Shown: positions 47,520 through 60,175, counted from the stretch's first letter. The stretch is 64,000 nt of DNA from Phyllosticta citribraziliensis (GCF_038025025.1 NW_027117339.1:2294001-2358000), one strand, 5' to 3'. A program made the numbers and translations. The notes: a model not told the origin generated them from the sequence alone.

Positions 47520-50500
47520 TTAATCATCCTCGTCAGTCTGATCAGCTTGTCCGCCAAACACAACGACGTCCCCAAGCGCCAGTGCATCGCCGCCATCCAC
47601 GGCCGGGACGCCGCTGTCGCCGCCGTGCAACAAGCCGTCACCACCACCACCACTCCTCGGGCCCATGGTGGCGCGCGGGAGGCGATACACCAACATGCTT
47701 GCAGAACCAGCCACACCGCCAGTACTGGAGTCGCCATCACCATCGCTGGGGCCCGCGAAGATGTCTGTGCCGTCAAAGGTACCGTTTTCGCCGCCGCTAC
47801 TACCGCGTCCCGGGTCGTCGGGTTCTCCTTCAAAGTACAAGTACGCACCAGACACGGTAGCAGGACCGAAGTAATCAAAGCGGAGAGGGGAGTCTTGTCG
47901 GTCGTCTTCGCTAACATCGTCAACATGGCCTGCCTCGTCATCGACGTCGGCGTCGTCGGTGGAGTACTCGTCGTCCCACCACTCGGGCGGCTCCGCTCCG
48001 TCGACATCTTCAACATGGCGGAGTAGGTTGGCAAGGTCGGCGTCTATGATGCGGCCGTCGCGACAAGCGGCGCATCTCTTGATTCCGTCGTCAAGTTGGC
48101 CATTTCGAGCCTTTGAGGGCCCTCCAAACCGGCGCTGCTCTCCGTCGACGTCACCAGGCGTTGTGTCTTGTGCCCTCTTTGTCGCAGATGGGATGCTCCA
48201 GCTCTCGGCCTTGCCGTCTGCACTGATGGCCCATACGGTGAGCTCTGGGCTCTCGTTAACCGCGAGGTCAACCACATTGTCGACGTGTCCAAGCAGCGTG
48301 CCATGCATCGCGAGCGGCCATGGTGCCTCGGTCGGCGTCACCCCAGACGCACTTGCAGTGGGCGTCCAGGGATGGGGGTATGGAGGCAGCGTGACGCCGC
48401 TAGGCTCTGCTTCCAAGGGGGTTTGTGGGGGCGTTGGCAGCGCTGACATGGATCGCAAGGACGAATGGGACGACGAGTCGTTGGCGAGCGACGTTGATTG
48501 GGGCCCTGGCAGCAGCGTTGACGATTCTGCATCCCACCACTCGCGCCACGTGTGCTGGCCTGCGCCAGTACTGCCGCATGAACCCTCGCACTGGCAAGAC
48601 TCTGCGTCTGCGGCGGCGCCCGCGGCATAACTGCTGTGTCCATCTGCGCGTCTTCTGGCAGAGGCGCTGCACCCGTAGCTGCCGATGCCGCATTCGACTC
48701 GTCCTGTCTCTGTTCGGCTGGCCAGAAGCACGTCTGTGGGGACATTGTACAGCACAATTGCGGACCCGTACGCTGCTGCAATCCGTGCCCCCATCTCCAA
48801 CGCTGCCCCCACGGCATACGCTGTTGGTGGAAGCAGCTCAGGCGCAAAGAAGCTGGGGACAGCTGTTGCAGGTGGAATGAACCGGACTTTGCGCAACAGC
48901 TTGACACCTCCACCAAGCGGGGCGTCGGAGCCTAGATACAGTGCTGAGCTTATGGGATCCGTAAAGAGGTGATGATACCCGTCTGAAAGCGGGACTGCGC
49001 GGTAATGGTCGGTGGACGGCACGGCGGAGCTCAACGACGCTGGAGAGGTCGGACTGAAAGGAGAGTTGGTAAACTCTCGGGAGCCAATAGAAACCCGGCC
49101 TCCTATGCCACTGCTGCCGCTGCCGACGCCCTGGTACCATCTGCGCTCGCGATCAACTGTTCGATAGTCCCATACCACTATGTTTGGAGAAGTCTCTGGG
49201 AAGAATCGCGAGCGGATTCCTTCACGGTCTTGCGGATGCGCTATGGAGCTAATTATGCGCAGCTTATGAGTAGAGTCCACACCTGGACGGGGATTGAGGA
49301 AGAAGAGAAAGTCGGAGGGAGCGCTCAGAGGGAACCATCGTTGCAAGTCTTGTCCTGTCTGCGCATCGATCCAGTGCAGCTCAATTCCGGAGCTACAGCC
49401 AAAAGCAACGCAGCGGCGCTGTGGGCAAATGGCGACTGAGCGCGGAGGGTCGTCTTCAGAGCAAAGATGGCGGTAGACGGTGTGAGGACCATTCTCCAAA
49501 GGCATCCGGCGGCTGGGAGTGATGTGATCACAGAACATTGTGTGCTTGTGCTTTTGTCGGCAGTGGCGGGCATTTTCCAAATGGTGAGGGTGCAAATTCC
49601 AAGTTTGATTGATAAGGTTGTCGTTGCGAGCCTGTGGATTGGTGGTTTCGTATAGGGTTGAGTTCATATCGCTGTTGCGGACATTGACAGTGTTGAACGT
49701 TTGAGACGTGGGTACGTGGCTAGTATTCTGGGAAACTGAAGTTGCTCGAGAGTCGAGAGGGTACAGACGGCTGGTGAAGAGCGATGGTCCGGTTGTCGAG
49801 CGATGGCCAGACGTGCTTTCAATATAGTCGCCAGGGGCAATGTTAGGTGCTTCACAATGGGCTGGTCCGAATTTGAGATCGCAGACCATACCCATCCGAC
49901 CTTCCAAAAGGACTGCCATGGCAAATCGGTGTTCAGATGCATCCATGCTCATGGCCAGAGCCTTTCGAGGACAGACGACGTTTGTCAAGAGTTGAATGCC
50001 ATCCCCTTCCAACGAGTATATGTAAATCATGCTTGCTTCAGCAATCATGAGATACTGGCCACAGATGCTGACAGCAAAGATCAGAGGAGGGCCAGTTTTT
50101 CGTCCTGTTCCAATGTAGCCATGGGAAAGCTCAGAGAAATCGACTTCTGTCGTCTTGACTAGCGCGCAAGCACCATCCGGCGGGCTCTTGTCCACACCGT
50201 TGCCTGTCCAGCCTGCGGAAAGCGCACACTGCCGGGCAAGGTGTCGGCTGAGCAACCATTCTTCCGAATAGCGAATGCTGGTCGCATGGGACCAGAGCTC
50301 TCCATGTGCCCCATACCACCAAGCTCCACGTTGTAACATGATTCGCAGGAGGTTTCGGTCTAAACTCGACAACATCCAGATGCGACAAGAGTGCCTTGCG
50401 GAGTTGAAGTCTCTGGGATGGAGGTGGGAGAAGACCTCCTGAATTACCTCTGCTGGGAGTCGAGAGACAGCCAAGTAAGCGAAGGAAGAGCTTTCAGGAC

Positions 50501-51398
50501 TTGAGCCACGTTCAAAGTTGTCTTCAGTTCCCCCTTGTTGGTTTACTTCAGTCGAAGCAGCGAAGGTGTTCTCCAAGTCGTTGATATCTGTAGCAGAGCC
50601 ATGGGACTGTTCCGAATGATCACGGACCAAAGATGGGCCATCTCCAGAATAGGACCAGAGCTGCTCTTGCGTTGCAGTTGACGCTCTTCGGACGCGAAAG
50701 TAGTCGTGTTCTGAGTCGGTCAACGACCACTGCGGAGAAGACTGATCAGGCGTGCTGGATGACAGATTTTGCAGATCTGGACCACTGAACAGGAAGCTCC
50801 TCGAACGCCCAAGGTCAACACCGTTCGAAGAGTGGCGCAATGCACTCATATCTAGAATCGAGCGAAGTGTTTCGTCGGGTTTTTCATGGTGGACAGCCAG
50901 AGACGCTAAGCGACTCCCATGGGTTACGTCATGCTGCACTGGAAAGTCGCATGTAGAGGAGAGCGATGGTACATCCAAAGGCGTGGTAGGTACATCAAAC
51001 GTTGAGAACAGTTCATAGTTATCCGAAAAACAGAGACGCTTTTGGCGCGGTGTGGAGTCGGGGGTTGGTTCAAGGATTCCAACGAGCTGTTTCCTCGGAC
51101 ATGAAGAATCTCCAGCGGATTCCACATGCGTAGAGAAGGCGGGTACTTCGGGTATCGGATCATCGTCTGCGGATCTGCCTAGAAGTCTTTTGCGGTAAGC
51201 TGCAGGTGCGGGCTCGGAAAGAGAACCGGATTCAAGAATCGGACTGGGACTTCGAGTCGGAGAAGCCGGGGCAGAGAAGGGCCCAGCAACCCCACGCGAT
51301 AGAAAGATTGACGAAGACGTTTTGACGGATTTTCCGTGGTGTTGCTGTAGGGACAGGAATAAGGATAAGGGAGACACAAGGTTTACTCCGGCCGGCAA
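47520..51398 (-). CDS. Fungal F-box domain protein with probable beta-propeller region; start codon uncertain (first ATG at 50849)
   Basis: F-box motif SRLPAEVIQEVFSHLHPRDFNSARHSCRIW and protein-like blocks VVCPRKALAMSMDAS, LCSEDDPPRSVAICPQRRCVAFGC, HYRAVPLSDGYHHLFTDP. Confidence 0.88.
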   Translation of the reverse strand: MPAGVNLVSPLSLFLSLQQHHGKSVKTSSSIFLSRGVAGPFSAPASPTRSPSPILESGSLSEPAPAAYRKRLLGRSADDDPIPEVPAFSTHVESAGDSSCPRKQLVGILEPTPDSTPRQKRLCFSDNYELFSTFDVPTTPLDVPSLSSTCDFPVQHDVTHGSRLASLAVHHEKPDETLRSILDMSALRHSSNGVDLGRSRSFLFSGPDLQNLSSSTPDQSSPQWSLTDSEHDYFRVRRASTATQEQLWSYSGDGPSLVRDHSEQSHGSATDINDLENTFAASTEVNQQGGTEDNFERGSSPESSSFAYLAVSRLPAEVIQEVFSHLHPRDFNSARHSCRIWMLSSLDRNLLRIMLQRGAWWYGAHGELWSHATSIRYSEEWLLSRHLARQCALSAGWTGNGVDKSPPDGACALVKTTEVDFSELSHGYIGTGRKTGPPLIFAVSICGQYLMIAEASMIYIYSLEGDGIQLLTNVVCPRKALAMSMDASEHRFAMAVLLEGRMGMVCDLKFGPAHCEAPNIAPGDYIESTSGHRSTTGPSLFTSRLYPLDSRATSVSQNTSHVPTSQTFNTVNVRNSDMNSTLYETTNPQARNDNLINQTWNLHPHHLENARHCRQKHKHTMFCDHITPSRRMPLENGPHTVYRHLCSEDDPPRSVAICPQRRCVAFGCSSGIELHWIDAQTGQDLQRWFPLSAPSDFLFFLNPRPGVDSTHKLRIISSIAHPQDREGIRSRFFPETSPNIVVWDYRTVDRERRWYQGVGSGSSGIGGRVSIGSREFTNSPFSPTSPASLSSAVPSTDHYRAVPLSDGYHHLFTDPISSALYLGSDAPLGGGVKLLRKVRFIPPATAVPSFFAPELLPPTAYAVGAALEMGARIAAAYGSAIVLYNVPTDVLLASRTETGRVECGIGSYGCSASARRRADGHSSYAAGAAADAESCQCEGSCGSTGAGQHTWREWWDAESSTLLPGPQSTSLANDSSSHSSLRSMSALPTPPQTPLEAEPSGVTLPPYPHPWTPTASASGVTPTEAPWPLAMHGTLLGHVDNVVDLAVNESPELTVWAISADGKAESWSIPSATKRAQDTTPGDVDGEQRRFGGPSKARNGQLDDGIKRCAACRDGRIIDADLANLLRHVEDVDGAEPPEWWDDEYSTDDADVDDEAGHVDDVSEDDRQDSPLRFDYFGPATVSGAYLYFEGEPDDPGRGSSGGENGTFDGTDIFAGPSDGDGDSSTGGVAGSASMLVYRLPRATMGPRSGGGGDGLLHGGDSGVPAVDGGDALALGDVVVFGGQADQTDEDD

Positions 51399-52526
51399 AG
51401 CAAAAGCCTAGGAGGGACAATTCAATAAAGACAGCGGGGCCAGCCGAGCCGTTGATGGTAGAATACGAGTTGAATCTGACGATCTAGGTGAATGTTGCTG
51501 GGAGGACGAGAGGGATGAATTGTTTTGACCTGTACGGGCTCAAGGATAGAAGGTAGACTTTGCGAGCAGGCAGCTAGAGCTCCTGCTTCGCGGATCCATG
51601 TTGGAGCAAGTGTCGCTCGCAACAGGCAAGAAGACAGCGACGGGTTCTTTTCGTTTTCGTAGACGGAGCCGAGTGCGTGGTCGGCCAGTTATTTTGCGAA
51701 TGGAAGCAGGCACAACCCAGCTCGTGGTTGAGTACGAACGAGAACACAAGAGGCTTGATCGGAATATTGCGAAGGTGTGGCCTTTGCTTTTGGTGTTTCG
51801 AGGGGCGTCACGGCAGAAGCACGATGAAATCATTGGCTGGGGAGTCTGCATCGGAGGAGATGGAGCGAGCGCCATGGCGCTGCAGCTTCGACGGTGTTTC
51901 GCACACGTGAGAATTGTTGGCAGGTGAGGTGGTCAGCTTATCGGGCAGGTCATGTCGCGGTGAGAGGAGCGGAGGGAATGCGTGGCCGAGTGGGAGGCGG
52001 TGGCATGGCGCGTGGCCCCGCGAGGCACATGGACGGGGGAAGAAGGGGGCAAAAGGAAAATGGACAAAGAAAAAAGAAAAGGAAAAGTTCGGCTGAGCTT
52101 ATTTCAAGGCCGTGTCGAGGCGGTGCTGGTGGCTGTGGCTTGCCGTGCTCTCACACCTCAGGCACCTAGGGTCGCGTAGGGTCCAGTGCGTCGACTGCAC
52201 TGCACTGGCGTGCGGAGCGGCGCGACGACGATCGACCGCTCCACTGATCCTCTGACGTGTCGACCAACCTGCACCTCTTGCACTTCTTGGGCTCCGCCAC
52301 ACCTCTTTCAGTCACTTCAGTCCGGCGGGCAGCCCAATATCCAATTCCAAAACCCATTGTACCAGCATCTTCGCAGTCGATTGCCGCGGACCCGCTCCCC
52401 TTCCGCTTCGACCTCGCCCAATCACACCCCAACCTGCGCCTGCGTCTAGCCGCTCGTCCTGGCCTGACCTGAACTACCCCCCCGACCCGACACCTCTCCT
52501 GCTCCGCCCTCCAAGCACCTCCCACC

Positions 52527-55118
52527 ATGAGCTCCAGGGACGAAGAGCCCGCCCGTCGCCGAAAGCATCGCCATTCCGACATCGACCCGTCGACCCGCTC
52601 CCGCGACAAGAATCCCGATCGAATCCGCTCCTCCAAGACCTCGCACAAGAAGCGCCCAAAATCAAAAGAGCGCCTCCACGACGACGCTGAGCGAAGTCGC
52701 CCTCGTTCGTCACGTTCCCACCAATCCCAACCAACCATGTCGCTCGTCCCAGAGCTTAACCGTCGCCCTGCCAAAGCTTCGCCCTACCCCGAGTTTTCAA
52801 AGGCACACAGCAAAGAGTCACTCGAGCCCGATGCTTCCAGACCCACAGCCAGAGCTCCCATCACGCCAGATCCAACCGATCTCGGAAGGAAGACGAGAGA
52901 TGGCCGCGCTTCACCCCGCCCGCCTTCCACAGCAGCTCGCCATGCCGCTACCGCTCCCCCAAGCCCGCCCTTGACCGCCGACGAGCCCGACTTGAGGCGA
53001 CGAGGTAGCGGAAACAGCATGCGGAGGTCTGGCGGCAGTGCTAGGTCTGGCAGGGAAAGTGGGAGGGCCAGCGCTGCTGGTCGACGCAGCGCAGACCCCG
53101 AGTCACAGCGGGAAGCAGCCACCAAGACTTCACATTCTAGCCTGCGCAAAGCTACCGCCGTTGACGAAGAGTCGGAAATATCTGGCAGCTCGAAACCCAG
53201 CACAGCTGTGCGTGCAAAGGGCGCAAGGTCATCAAATGTGACCCGATCCGCTACCGATTCGAACGCTACGTCCATCGCCCCAGACCCTCCGCGGGTCCGC
53301 AAAGCCAGCAACTCCTCTCCGTCAGTTGTAGACTCTTCTCCGCGCACTCCGAACTCGACACAACAAATTTATTCGTCCCCGGAGATGTGCCAAAAAGGCA
53401 CCCCCATGGTCGAAGTATTCGCAAGTCCTGCGTCCCGAATGTCTGAACAATTTGGCAACAACGCCGCGCCGCCGCCCCCTCCTCCGCCGCCAATGATGCC
53501 CCCGGATATCCCTAGAGTCGACTATCTCTTGAACAACGGGGGACTCGCCCACACAGTGCCCAGGGCCCTTGTCGCGGCCTCCGAACATTCTTCCCCCAAT
53601 GGCGTCAGGCCCCCACCATCAGAAACAGTGCAACACATCTTTGCCCCCTTTCGAAATCTACTGGATGATTACACCCAAGTAATGTCTAAGAGCGGCTCAA
53701 TCGCCGTTGCCACAGGATACCGCTCCGTGGCGCGGAGACTATTGGACAGACTCGAAGCCGTATTCGCTCGTAATATATCCTCGGAAACGTGCCGCTGTGT
53801 CATGTGCTGCGCCAATCTCGATCTGCACGCACCCACGGAAGAGGACACGGGAGTCAGTTGGGGAGAAATATTGGAGTTCGTTTCTGGTCGGCGAGAACTG
53901 CCTGCGTGGCCACCATTTTGCATCGAGACAGACTCGGCAGGTCTCGGCATATCAGGCATGAGCCAGGCTGCTCCAATGCAGAAGCTGGACATTGATGTTC
54001 CGGATGAATACCGCGAGCATTACATCAAACAGAGCAAGAAGACGAAGCAGGCTGTACAAAGCTGGCTCGCCAGCCAGCCCCATTTTCCTTCAAGTCCTCC
54101 GCAAGCTGTCGATGATGAGACGCTCACATTCGCCATGGTCACACACTTGGACCCGGAGAAAAGGCCAATTTTCACCGCGCTTCTCCAGGGGAAAGCAACC
54201 ATTGGTGGTTCTCGCGCAGGAACGCCTCTCAATGGGTCCAAGCCCAAGTCGGAGATTTTGACAAAGACCGCATTGGCACTTCAAAGGCTCTACCGCCTGG
54301 AAAGCGCTCCCAGAGACCCCGAATGCGCCATCTTCCTTCTGAATCATCCGGAGCTCCATGGCGTCCTGGCCACGATGGCTGCAATCAGTCAAGGAGAATG
54401 GGACATTCTGGTCTCGGGAAGATTCGACGGGTTCTTGTGGAGCGGTGCTGAAGGGCCCATCCCGCCACCTTCGTACGGAACGCCGTCCATTTCCGCCTCC
54501 CGCGGACCCTCCCGAGGACCAACAGCGACACCCCTGTCAAGGACCACGACGCCATTCAGTGCCGGTGCCCCATCTCGTGGGACCACGCCGTTTAGTCCAG
54601 GTGCCCGAAACGGAACCCCAGGCTTGGGCCCCGCGTTTGGACGCACCACGCCAGGAATACCAAGCTCCTTTGGAGCTCCGGTGCAAATGGACGAAGAGGT
54701 GGAAATCGCTACTTTGGCCGAGGTTGAGCGTGAAATATACCTGGGCATGGAAGCCCTGGAGGACGCGTTTGAAGCGCTGCACTGCAGAGCCGAGGTGGTC
54801 CGTCGGGCTCTTCGCGAACGAGGCGCTGGACTCGCCATTGCAGCTCAGGCTCGTCGTGGTTCCGAGGGTGTCGAGGTGAGGCTGGGTACGCCGGCTTCTA
54901 ACGCCGGTGGATGGAACGGCCAAGGCTGGGACACGGAGACGGACGACGGCATCGACGATGGAGTTTCGGAGCTGGCACCCGACGACTCGGCCAGCAATAT
55001 AAGCTACAACCGCAGACGGAGGGGTGGCAGACAAAAGGAGAGGAAGACGCCTGCTCCCGTGGTTGAGGAGGACGAGAGCGACTTTACAGCCGAAGTTGGC
55101 GGACGACGACGTCGGTGA
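52527..55118 (+). CDS. Conserved filamentous-ascomycete hypothetical protein (863 aa)
   Basis: Long intronless ATG ORF with an R/S-rich N-terminus and structured blocks (GSIAVATGYRSVARRLLDRLEAVFAR...CRCVMC, GVSWGEILEFVSGRRELP, EWDILVSGRFDGFLWSG). Function cannot be assigned from sequence. Confidence 0.85.
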   Translation: MSSRDEEPARRRKHRHSDIDPSTRSRDKNPDRIRSSKTSHKKRPKSKERLHDDAERSRPRSSRSHQSQPTMSLVPELNRRPAKASPYPEFSKAHSKESLEPDASRPTARAPITPDPTDLGRKTRDGRASPRPPSTAARHAATAPPSPPLTADEPDLRRRGSGNSMRRSGGSARSGRESGRASAAGRRSADPESQREAATKTSHSSLRKATAVDEESEISGSSKPSTAVRAKGARSSNVTRSATDSNATSIAPDPPRVRKASNSSPSVVDSSPRTPNSTQQIYSSPEMCQKGTPMVEVFASPASRMSEQFGNNAAPPPPPPPPMMPPDIPRVDYLLNNGGLAHTVPRALVAASEHSSPNGVRPPPSETVQHIFAPFRNLLDDYTQVMSKSGSIAVATGYRSVARRLLDRLEAVFARNISSETCRCVMCCANLDLHAPTEEDTGVSWGEILEFVSGRRELPAWPPFCIETDSAGLGISGMSQAAPMQKLDIDVPDEYREHYIKQSKKTKQAVQSWLASQPHFPSSPPQAVDDETLTFAMVTHLDPEKRPIFTALLQGKATIGGSRAGTPLNGSKPKSEILTKTALALQRLYRLESAPRDPECAIFLLNHPELHGVLATMAAISQGEWDILVSGRFDGFLWSGAEGPIPPPSYGTPSISASRGPSRGPTATPLSRTTTPFSAGAPSRGTTPFSPGARNGTPGLGPAFGRTTPGIPSSFGAPVQMDEEVEIATLAEVEREIYLGMEALEDAFEALHCRAEVVRRALRERGAGLAIAAQARRGSEGVEVRLGTPASNAGGWNGQGWDTETDDGIDDGVSELAPDDSASNISYNRRRRGGRQKERKTPAPVVEEDESDFTAEVGGRRRR

Positions 55119-56388
55119 TTTCTTTGAGGGTTCGTTGTTGATCCAGGACATCAGCATGCATTGAATGCGAATCAGCAGGAGCATGGGTACCCTCGGTCGG
55201 TGTTTCGTTTTCTTCTTATTCTTGGGCTGGGAACATGGACAATTGGATCATCTACGAGAAGTTGAAGGGCAAAGAGCATTCGTGGTTAACTAGCTTTATA
55301 TCCCGCGGCTCGGTCTCGAGGACCGAGTTTTGGCTGTCTGCAACTGGCTTGAAGTTCAGTCGAACGAGGATTTGGAGAAATGTAGTTTAGGTAGAAGCAG
55401 CGGTGGGTAATGGAACGCAGCAACGGTAGCATGCCGGCGCCTACAAAGAAGAGAAGCGCGGCGGAATGAATGAATGAATGAACGAATGGATTGTGCGACG
55501 GCAGTGGAAATGAACGAGGGATGACGGGTGAGACGGCGACGGGGCGAAAGATGGGTGGTTAGCGTGTCGACCGAATCAAACGGAGCGCAGTTGAGCGATG
55601 GCCATGAGACGCATCCAGTGGAAGGTGAAGCGCGCGTCTGTACGGCGTCTGTGTAGCAGCTGGGGCCAAAGAGGCTGGGCAGAGGAGAGGATGGAGAAAG
55701 GGACGGGAGTATATATGAAGTCGAGCATTCCGCCGTGGATAGACTTCCCGCACAGACGACGACGACGGCTCGGCACCTGCGCCCTCATCTGCACCACCCG
55801 TAGTTGGATGAGCGGGCTCGAGTAGGTAGACCCAACACCTTGCTTCCCAGGGCGACGATCCAATTCTTACCGGCTCCAGCTCCAGCTCCAGCTCCTCGTG
55901 GCCGACTCGACTCTTCACCTCGCTCGTGGCACCGCCCGTGGTCGTGGTCGTGTGCAGGGCAGGCGGCACAGCATAGTTGCGGCACACGAGGTGTTTGTTT
56001 ATTTACATCATCCATCACCTCTGGACCAGACCAGGGTGCGCGCGCCCCCACCCCCTACCTCAGCGGACCCATCAATCATCATCCCCGCGCCGCGCCCACT
56101 CGACGAATTGCCGGAGACGTTGCTCTGTGCAAGGGCTGAGAGGCGGCACACGACGTGCGTGTGCGCGACAATCTATCTGCCCTACCCTTGCCCTCACCCG
56201 CCCGGCCAGGCAGGAAATATCAACACCCCACAGCCCACCACACCACATCCAGACCCGACCGCCTCCAGCTGCGCCTTCCCGTCGTTACAACCTCGTCTTC
56301 GCATGTTGTCGCCCGGGCGTTTCGCTGCTTCATTGTCCTGTCCTTTTGCTGCTGCTGCTTGCTTGCGTGATTCAAAAGTCCATTCGCC

Positions 56389-58564
56389 ATGTACGGCACC
56401 ACCGACGGCAGCGTGGACCCCGAGACGCTCTACACCAAGCAGAATTGCATAGGCGGCGGCAGCTTTGGCAAGGTCTACAAAGGGTACATTTCCAAAACAT
56501 TGACCAACCTCACTGACTCGCGCGCTAACGAGCCACCCTAGCGTTGACAAACGGACCGGCCAATCCGTGGCCATCAAGGTCATTGACGTCGAAAACGCCG
56601 AAGACGAAGTCGAAGACATCATCCAGGAAATCTCCATCCTCTCCGAGCTCCACTCGCCCTATGTCACAAAGTACTACGGCTCCTACCTCAAGGGCTCCGA
56701 CCTATGGATCATCATGGAATACTGCTCCGGCGGGAGCTGCGGGGACCTGATGAAGCCCGGCCTGATCCCGGAGGAATACATTACCATAATCATTCGGGAG
56801 CTGCTCATGGGTCTGGAATATCTGCACGGCGACAACAAGCTACACCGGGACATTAAAGGTGCGTCTGTTTGGGGACTTGGATCGCAGCACGCTGACACCA
56901 TCAACAGCCGCAAACATTCTGCTCAGTGCCAACGGACAGGTCAAGCTTGCTGACTTTGGAGTCTCTGGTCAGCTTTCGGCCACCATGACCAAGAAGAATA
57001 CTTTTGTAGGCACACCTTTTTGGATGGCGCCAGAAGTAATCAAGCAGTCCGGTTACGACCACAAAGCAGACATTTGGTCCTTGGGTATCACTGCTCTCGA
57101 ACTTGCTCATGGAGAGCCTCCATACGCCGACATTCACCCCATGAAGGTGTTGTTTCTGATTCCCAAGAACCCACCGCCCTCGCTGGATGGAAATTTCAGC
57201 AGGGCTTTCAAAGACTTTGTGCAGCTCTGTCTGAGCAAGGAGCCTCGGGAGAGACCTTCGGCAAGGGAGCTCCTCAAGCACCCTTTTGTGAGAAAGGCCA
57301 AAAAGACTACGTACCTAACGGAGCTTATCGAGAGGCACGAGCGCTGGGTTTTGAAGCATGGCAAGGATGCAGAGAGCGAATCCGAGAACGAATCAGAAAG
57401 CGAGTCGGAGCCGCGTCCCGCGGTAGACGACGATTTGTGGGACTTTGGCACCATCAGGCCGGCGGGGAGGAATCAAGGTCTCAAGGCTATGAATGATGCC
57501 GCTACCAATGCCCGGTCGCGCACTGACAGGACCACCGATTCGAGGGGAGCGCCGCTGTCGCCTTTGAAGACTGCTTTTTCGGGCAACGGCGAGGAAAATA
57601 CGCCTACAGTCAGGACTGCTAGTCCAACTCGATCTCAACCGGCACGAGATTTGTCACCGCCCAAAAGGAGTGCCCCTGGTCCTCCTGTATCACCAAGCAA
57701 AGTACCTCTACCGCCGTCACCAGAAAAGCCACTTGGACCACGTGCCCCATTCCGAGAGAGCTCAACTTCTTCTGTGATTTCCGTCATCGAGAGACCTCCA
57801 GCGCCGCCGTCTCCTGTGCGAGAAAATTCCAGTACTTCGGTCTTGTCATCATCGCCCGGAAAAGTCCACGACAACCGCTCCCCCAATAGGCAGAATTCTG
57901 GTCCACCAAAGCCATTACCGCCTCCTTCTCCAAGGGTGGAGACTCAAGATTTTGCCGATTACATTGGAAAATCATTCCAGACAGAAGCTGCGCCTGCGAG
58001 CTACGGGAATGGCAGACCCTCGCAACCGAACAGCCAACAAAATAGCCCACAAAAGCAGAGCGCGATGATGCCGCCCCCAGGTTTGCCACATAGTCAACAA
58101 AATAGCCCGCAAAGGCAGGGTGCCATGATGCCGCCCCCAGGTTTGCCGCAAACCCCCAGCAATATGCCTCTTAACTTGCCTCTGCTTCCTCCCTTTCAGT
58201 CACGCCGTACTTCTGGTCAGAGTACATCTGGCAGTTCTCAAAGGCAAACGCAGCAGACCCCTGCGCTGTCACAACACCCTCTTCCTTCCTTTGCTCCTCC
58301 TCGACCTGGCTCCTCCTACCAGCAGAACCAGCAGCGCATTGCGTCACCAGAACGCCGACCTGTTCCACCGCCTCACACGTCGTCTTCTCCATCGAAAGAA
58401 GGTTGCACTCGACCTTCGAGTCGGAGCAGCAATTATCAACCTCAATCGCCTTCGAAGCAGGAGCAGCAGCGCCAAGCGCAGGAGTCGAAGAAACCTCAGC
58501 CTCTAGACAATCAGCGGCAGAGACAACAGCAACGTCAATCGCAGGATTTGAAACAGCCACAGCC

Positions 58565-58596
<32 letters not shown>

Positions 58597-59240
58597 CGCC
58601 ACGTTCTACAACCACCCGATCACTAAGCCGCAGCTTCAAAAACCCCAACTCCTCATCTTCCGGTCCTACAGGCACGAACGCTTCCACTTCCAACAGCTCA
58701 AACACGGGCTCCAATGGAAACGCCAGTAACGGCAACGTAGAGATCACCGCCCTCTCTGGTGTCGTCATACCCGCCCTTGAAGCCGCCCTCCACCGTCGCA
58801 CCTACAATTACAACACGCTGCAAAAACGCGAGAACGCCAAAGGCAGCACTCCCGCCTCGTCATCCAACAACTCGTCCAGCTCCTCCATCGCCTCGGCGCC
58901 TGGTGACCCCAACAGCCACCGCCCTTCGACGTCATCCTCTTCGGCTTCACGTCCCTCGTCCAGTTGCTCGTCGGTCGGTGGCGCACCGCCCTTTCTTCCT
59001 CCCGGAGCCGCTTCGTCTTCGTCCTCGTCGACTACCCCTGGCAACGCTGGGGCTTCGACGGCTCGTCGTCGTGAGGTGCACGAGCACATTCGTCGTTTGG
59101 TTGGCAAAGCGGCGCGCATCTTTGCGGAGATTGACGCGTGGGATGCGCGGGCGCCGGTGGGCATGGGAGAAGATGTGCAGGGGTTTTTGGAGGGGTTCTT
59201 GGAAGAGGTGCTTGTCAGGGTAGAGGCTGAGGATGAGTGA
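56389..59240 (+). CDS. mst-1: Ste20-family germinal-centre kinase (GCK-III, STK24/MST3-like), introns 56484-56541 and 56859-56907
   Basis: [38 protein letters not shown] and [14 protein letters not shown], with a long P/Q/S-rich tail and a helical C-terminus ([14 protein letters not shown]). Confidence 0.93.
58032..58151 (+). repeat. 60-bp coding tandem duplication in the kinase tail
   Basis: [20 protein letters not shown] / [20 protein letters not shown]. Confidence 0.85.
58567..58594 (+). repeat. (CAG)n microsatellite encoding polyQ
   Basis: About 9 consecutive CAG codons. Confidence 0.9.
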
Positions 59241-60175
59241 GTGAGTGAGTTGGCGAGTTGGCATGTTGGGGATTGGTTTGTGGATGAAGAATGCGAAGAG
59301 GACAGAAAGGTTAGACGGAGCATGGAAAGTGGGAGTGGTTCGGAAGCGAGACCCTTTTGATTGTGTTGTTGGCTTGGTGGCTTGAGAGAGGAGGTGGAAT
59401 TCAAATCTCTTGCTTTCCTTTCCCTTTTGCTTCCCCTTTCCGTTTCTGCTCAGGATCCTCCCCTTCTTGCGTCCCTTCTTTTCCTTCTCTCGACTCTGTC
59501 TCTTTTTGGTGTGTCTATCTCCTTGGTCACGAATCGTGCGAGTCACTTTGACTTTTCTTCTCCTAGTCTTCGCTCCTCTACTTTTGGATGCGACAAGAGG
59601 TGAAGGGGAACCGAGGGTACGGATAATGAGGTTGAATACAAGGGAAGATGAAGGCCAAGTTGCTTCATCTGCAGTGCGGCGACAGAGGAGGAGAAAGAGG
59701 AGAAGGAGGAGGGAAGATGAGCCGTGGGTAAGAAACGAAAGAAACATGGAAGCGAAAGCGGCGATGAGTACAGAAGAGAGGTGTGGATAGGAAGGGAGGG
59801 AGGGGCGTAGAGGAGGAGCTGGAATACCTCAGTTGTATGGATGGACGGGCGATGGCGGATCAATCGAAGCAGCACGTTGTTGATTATGTTGGTGAGGATG
59901 GACATGGTTGATTTAGTGATGCAATCCATTCTATTCCTGAGGACTGCTACCCATCTAGACGAGAACCAGACGTCTCCAAGTGAAGCGTGCTTTTCCTTCT
60001 AAACAACTCCTCGTAGCTTTTGTTGAACCTGTCCTGTCTAGGTACTCGTACAATCGGGGGTTGGGTGGCTAAGTGAAAAACGAGTGAGTGAGAAACATGT
60101 CTGTCTGTACCCAATCCACCAATGCCCCTTTTGCTCCGCTCCTCTCTTCTCCTTTTCTGTCCCATCTCAACTTCT

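Noticed and set aside
55308..55328. Hairpin CTCGGTC-TCGAG-GACCGAG in a 3' region
   Set aside because: A single short stem expected by chance, with no supporting context.
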